Source of the DNA: Mobula hypostoma
Lineage: Eukaryota
Assembly: GCF_963921235.1 (NCBI RefSeq)
Contig: NC_086097.1
Coordinates: 176,764,001-176,828,000 of the forward strand
Length of the DNA stretch: 64,000 nucleotides
Direction: 5' to 3'
Shown here: one piece after another, positions 63,431-64,000 of the stretch
How the letters are laid out: every line of letters begins with the position of its first letter
Numbering within the stretch: the stretch's first letter is position 1
Made by a program: the position numbers and the translations under genes
The notes under the pieces: generated by a model
Database searches by the model: none
What the model was told of the DNA's origin: nothing
What the model saw: only the letters and a program-made list of their open reading frames with translations

Positions 63431-64000
63431 CTGTGCTTATGAATTGTTGCACCTCTGGAAATAGGTTTAAGATGAGAGGGGAAATAATTAGTAGTAACAC
63501 AGGAGAAACTTCTTCATGCAGATGAAATGAGCTGACAGAGGCAGGTAAAATTACAAAGTTTAATAGACATTTGCATGGATAGAAAAGGTTTAGAGATCAT
63601 GGGTCAAATGGGATTAGTTTAGGTGGCTGTCTAGATCAGTGTAGGCAAGTTGTTCCTGTGCTGTATGGCTCTGTGATTCTATTTTAATAATTCCACCCAC
63701 AAAGATCCATGCTTAAGCATACAAGACATTGGGTTGGTCAGATGATAAAGGATGGTGTTGATGCCTTTGGAAAAGGAAGGTTTGATGTGGCGGATTCCTC
63801 CTCTTATCACTGGTGTGACAGGAAGAGGTGTCGTGGTCCCTATCCATTATACACCAGGTTGAAACATCTAACAAACAACCCTTTGCAGTCTGACATGCAA
63901 ACAAGGACAAAAATATGCAAAAAGACCTTGGCAGGAACCATTGTAAAATGGTATGTCACTCACTGGCCGCCTGTATTGGTGACATCTGGGCTTCTCACTG

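Noticed and set aside
1..64000. CRISPR arrays, operons, rRNA or prokaryotic systems
   Set aside because: No regularly spaced repeat-spacer array or gene-dense region. The content is vertebrate transposon-rich DNA.

Overview
Eukaryotic, repeat-dominated DNA. The repeat repertoire points to a cartilaginous fish, probably a ray (inference): CR1 LINEs with an esterase ORF1, Rex1/Babar LINEs, V-SINEs and Neptune-type Penelope elements. I could not confidently identify any host protein-coding gene, so the window looks intronic or intergenic, and most listed ORFs are transposon debris or antisense shadows. Main contents: (1) dozens of 5'-truncated CR1 and Rex1 copies; (2) a 5'-intact but 3'-truncated young CR1 (15.0-18.4 kb); (3) three Gypsy relics; (4) two young Penelope-like elements carrying minimal hammerhead ribozyme motifs, one with an inverted 5' pseudo-LTR, plus a second Penelope lineage tail and three palindromes derived from Penelope tails; (5) an RTE-like non-autonomous element that shares a 3' module with a tRNA-SINE; (6) a Chapaev3-type DNA transposon with both ends present, carrying nested CR1 and Tc1 insertions. 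The structure least explained by known repeats is a diverged inverted duplication with arms of about 0.75 kb at 49.8-50.5 kb and 52.1-52.9 kb. All alignments and identities were judged by eye, and boundaries of old repeats are approximate.
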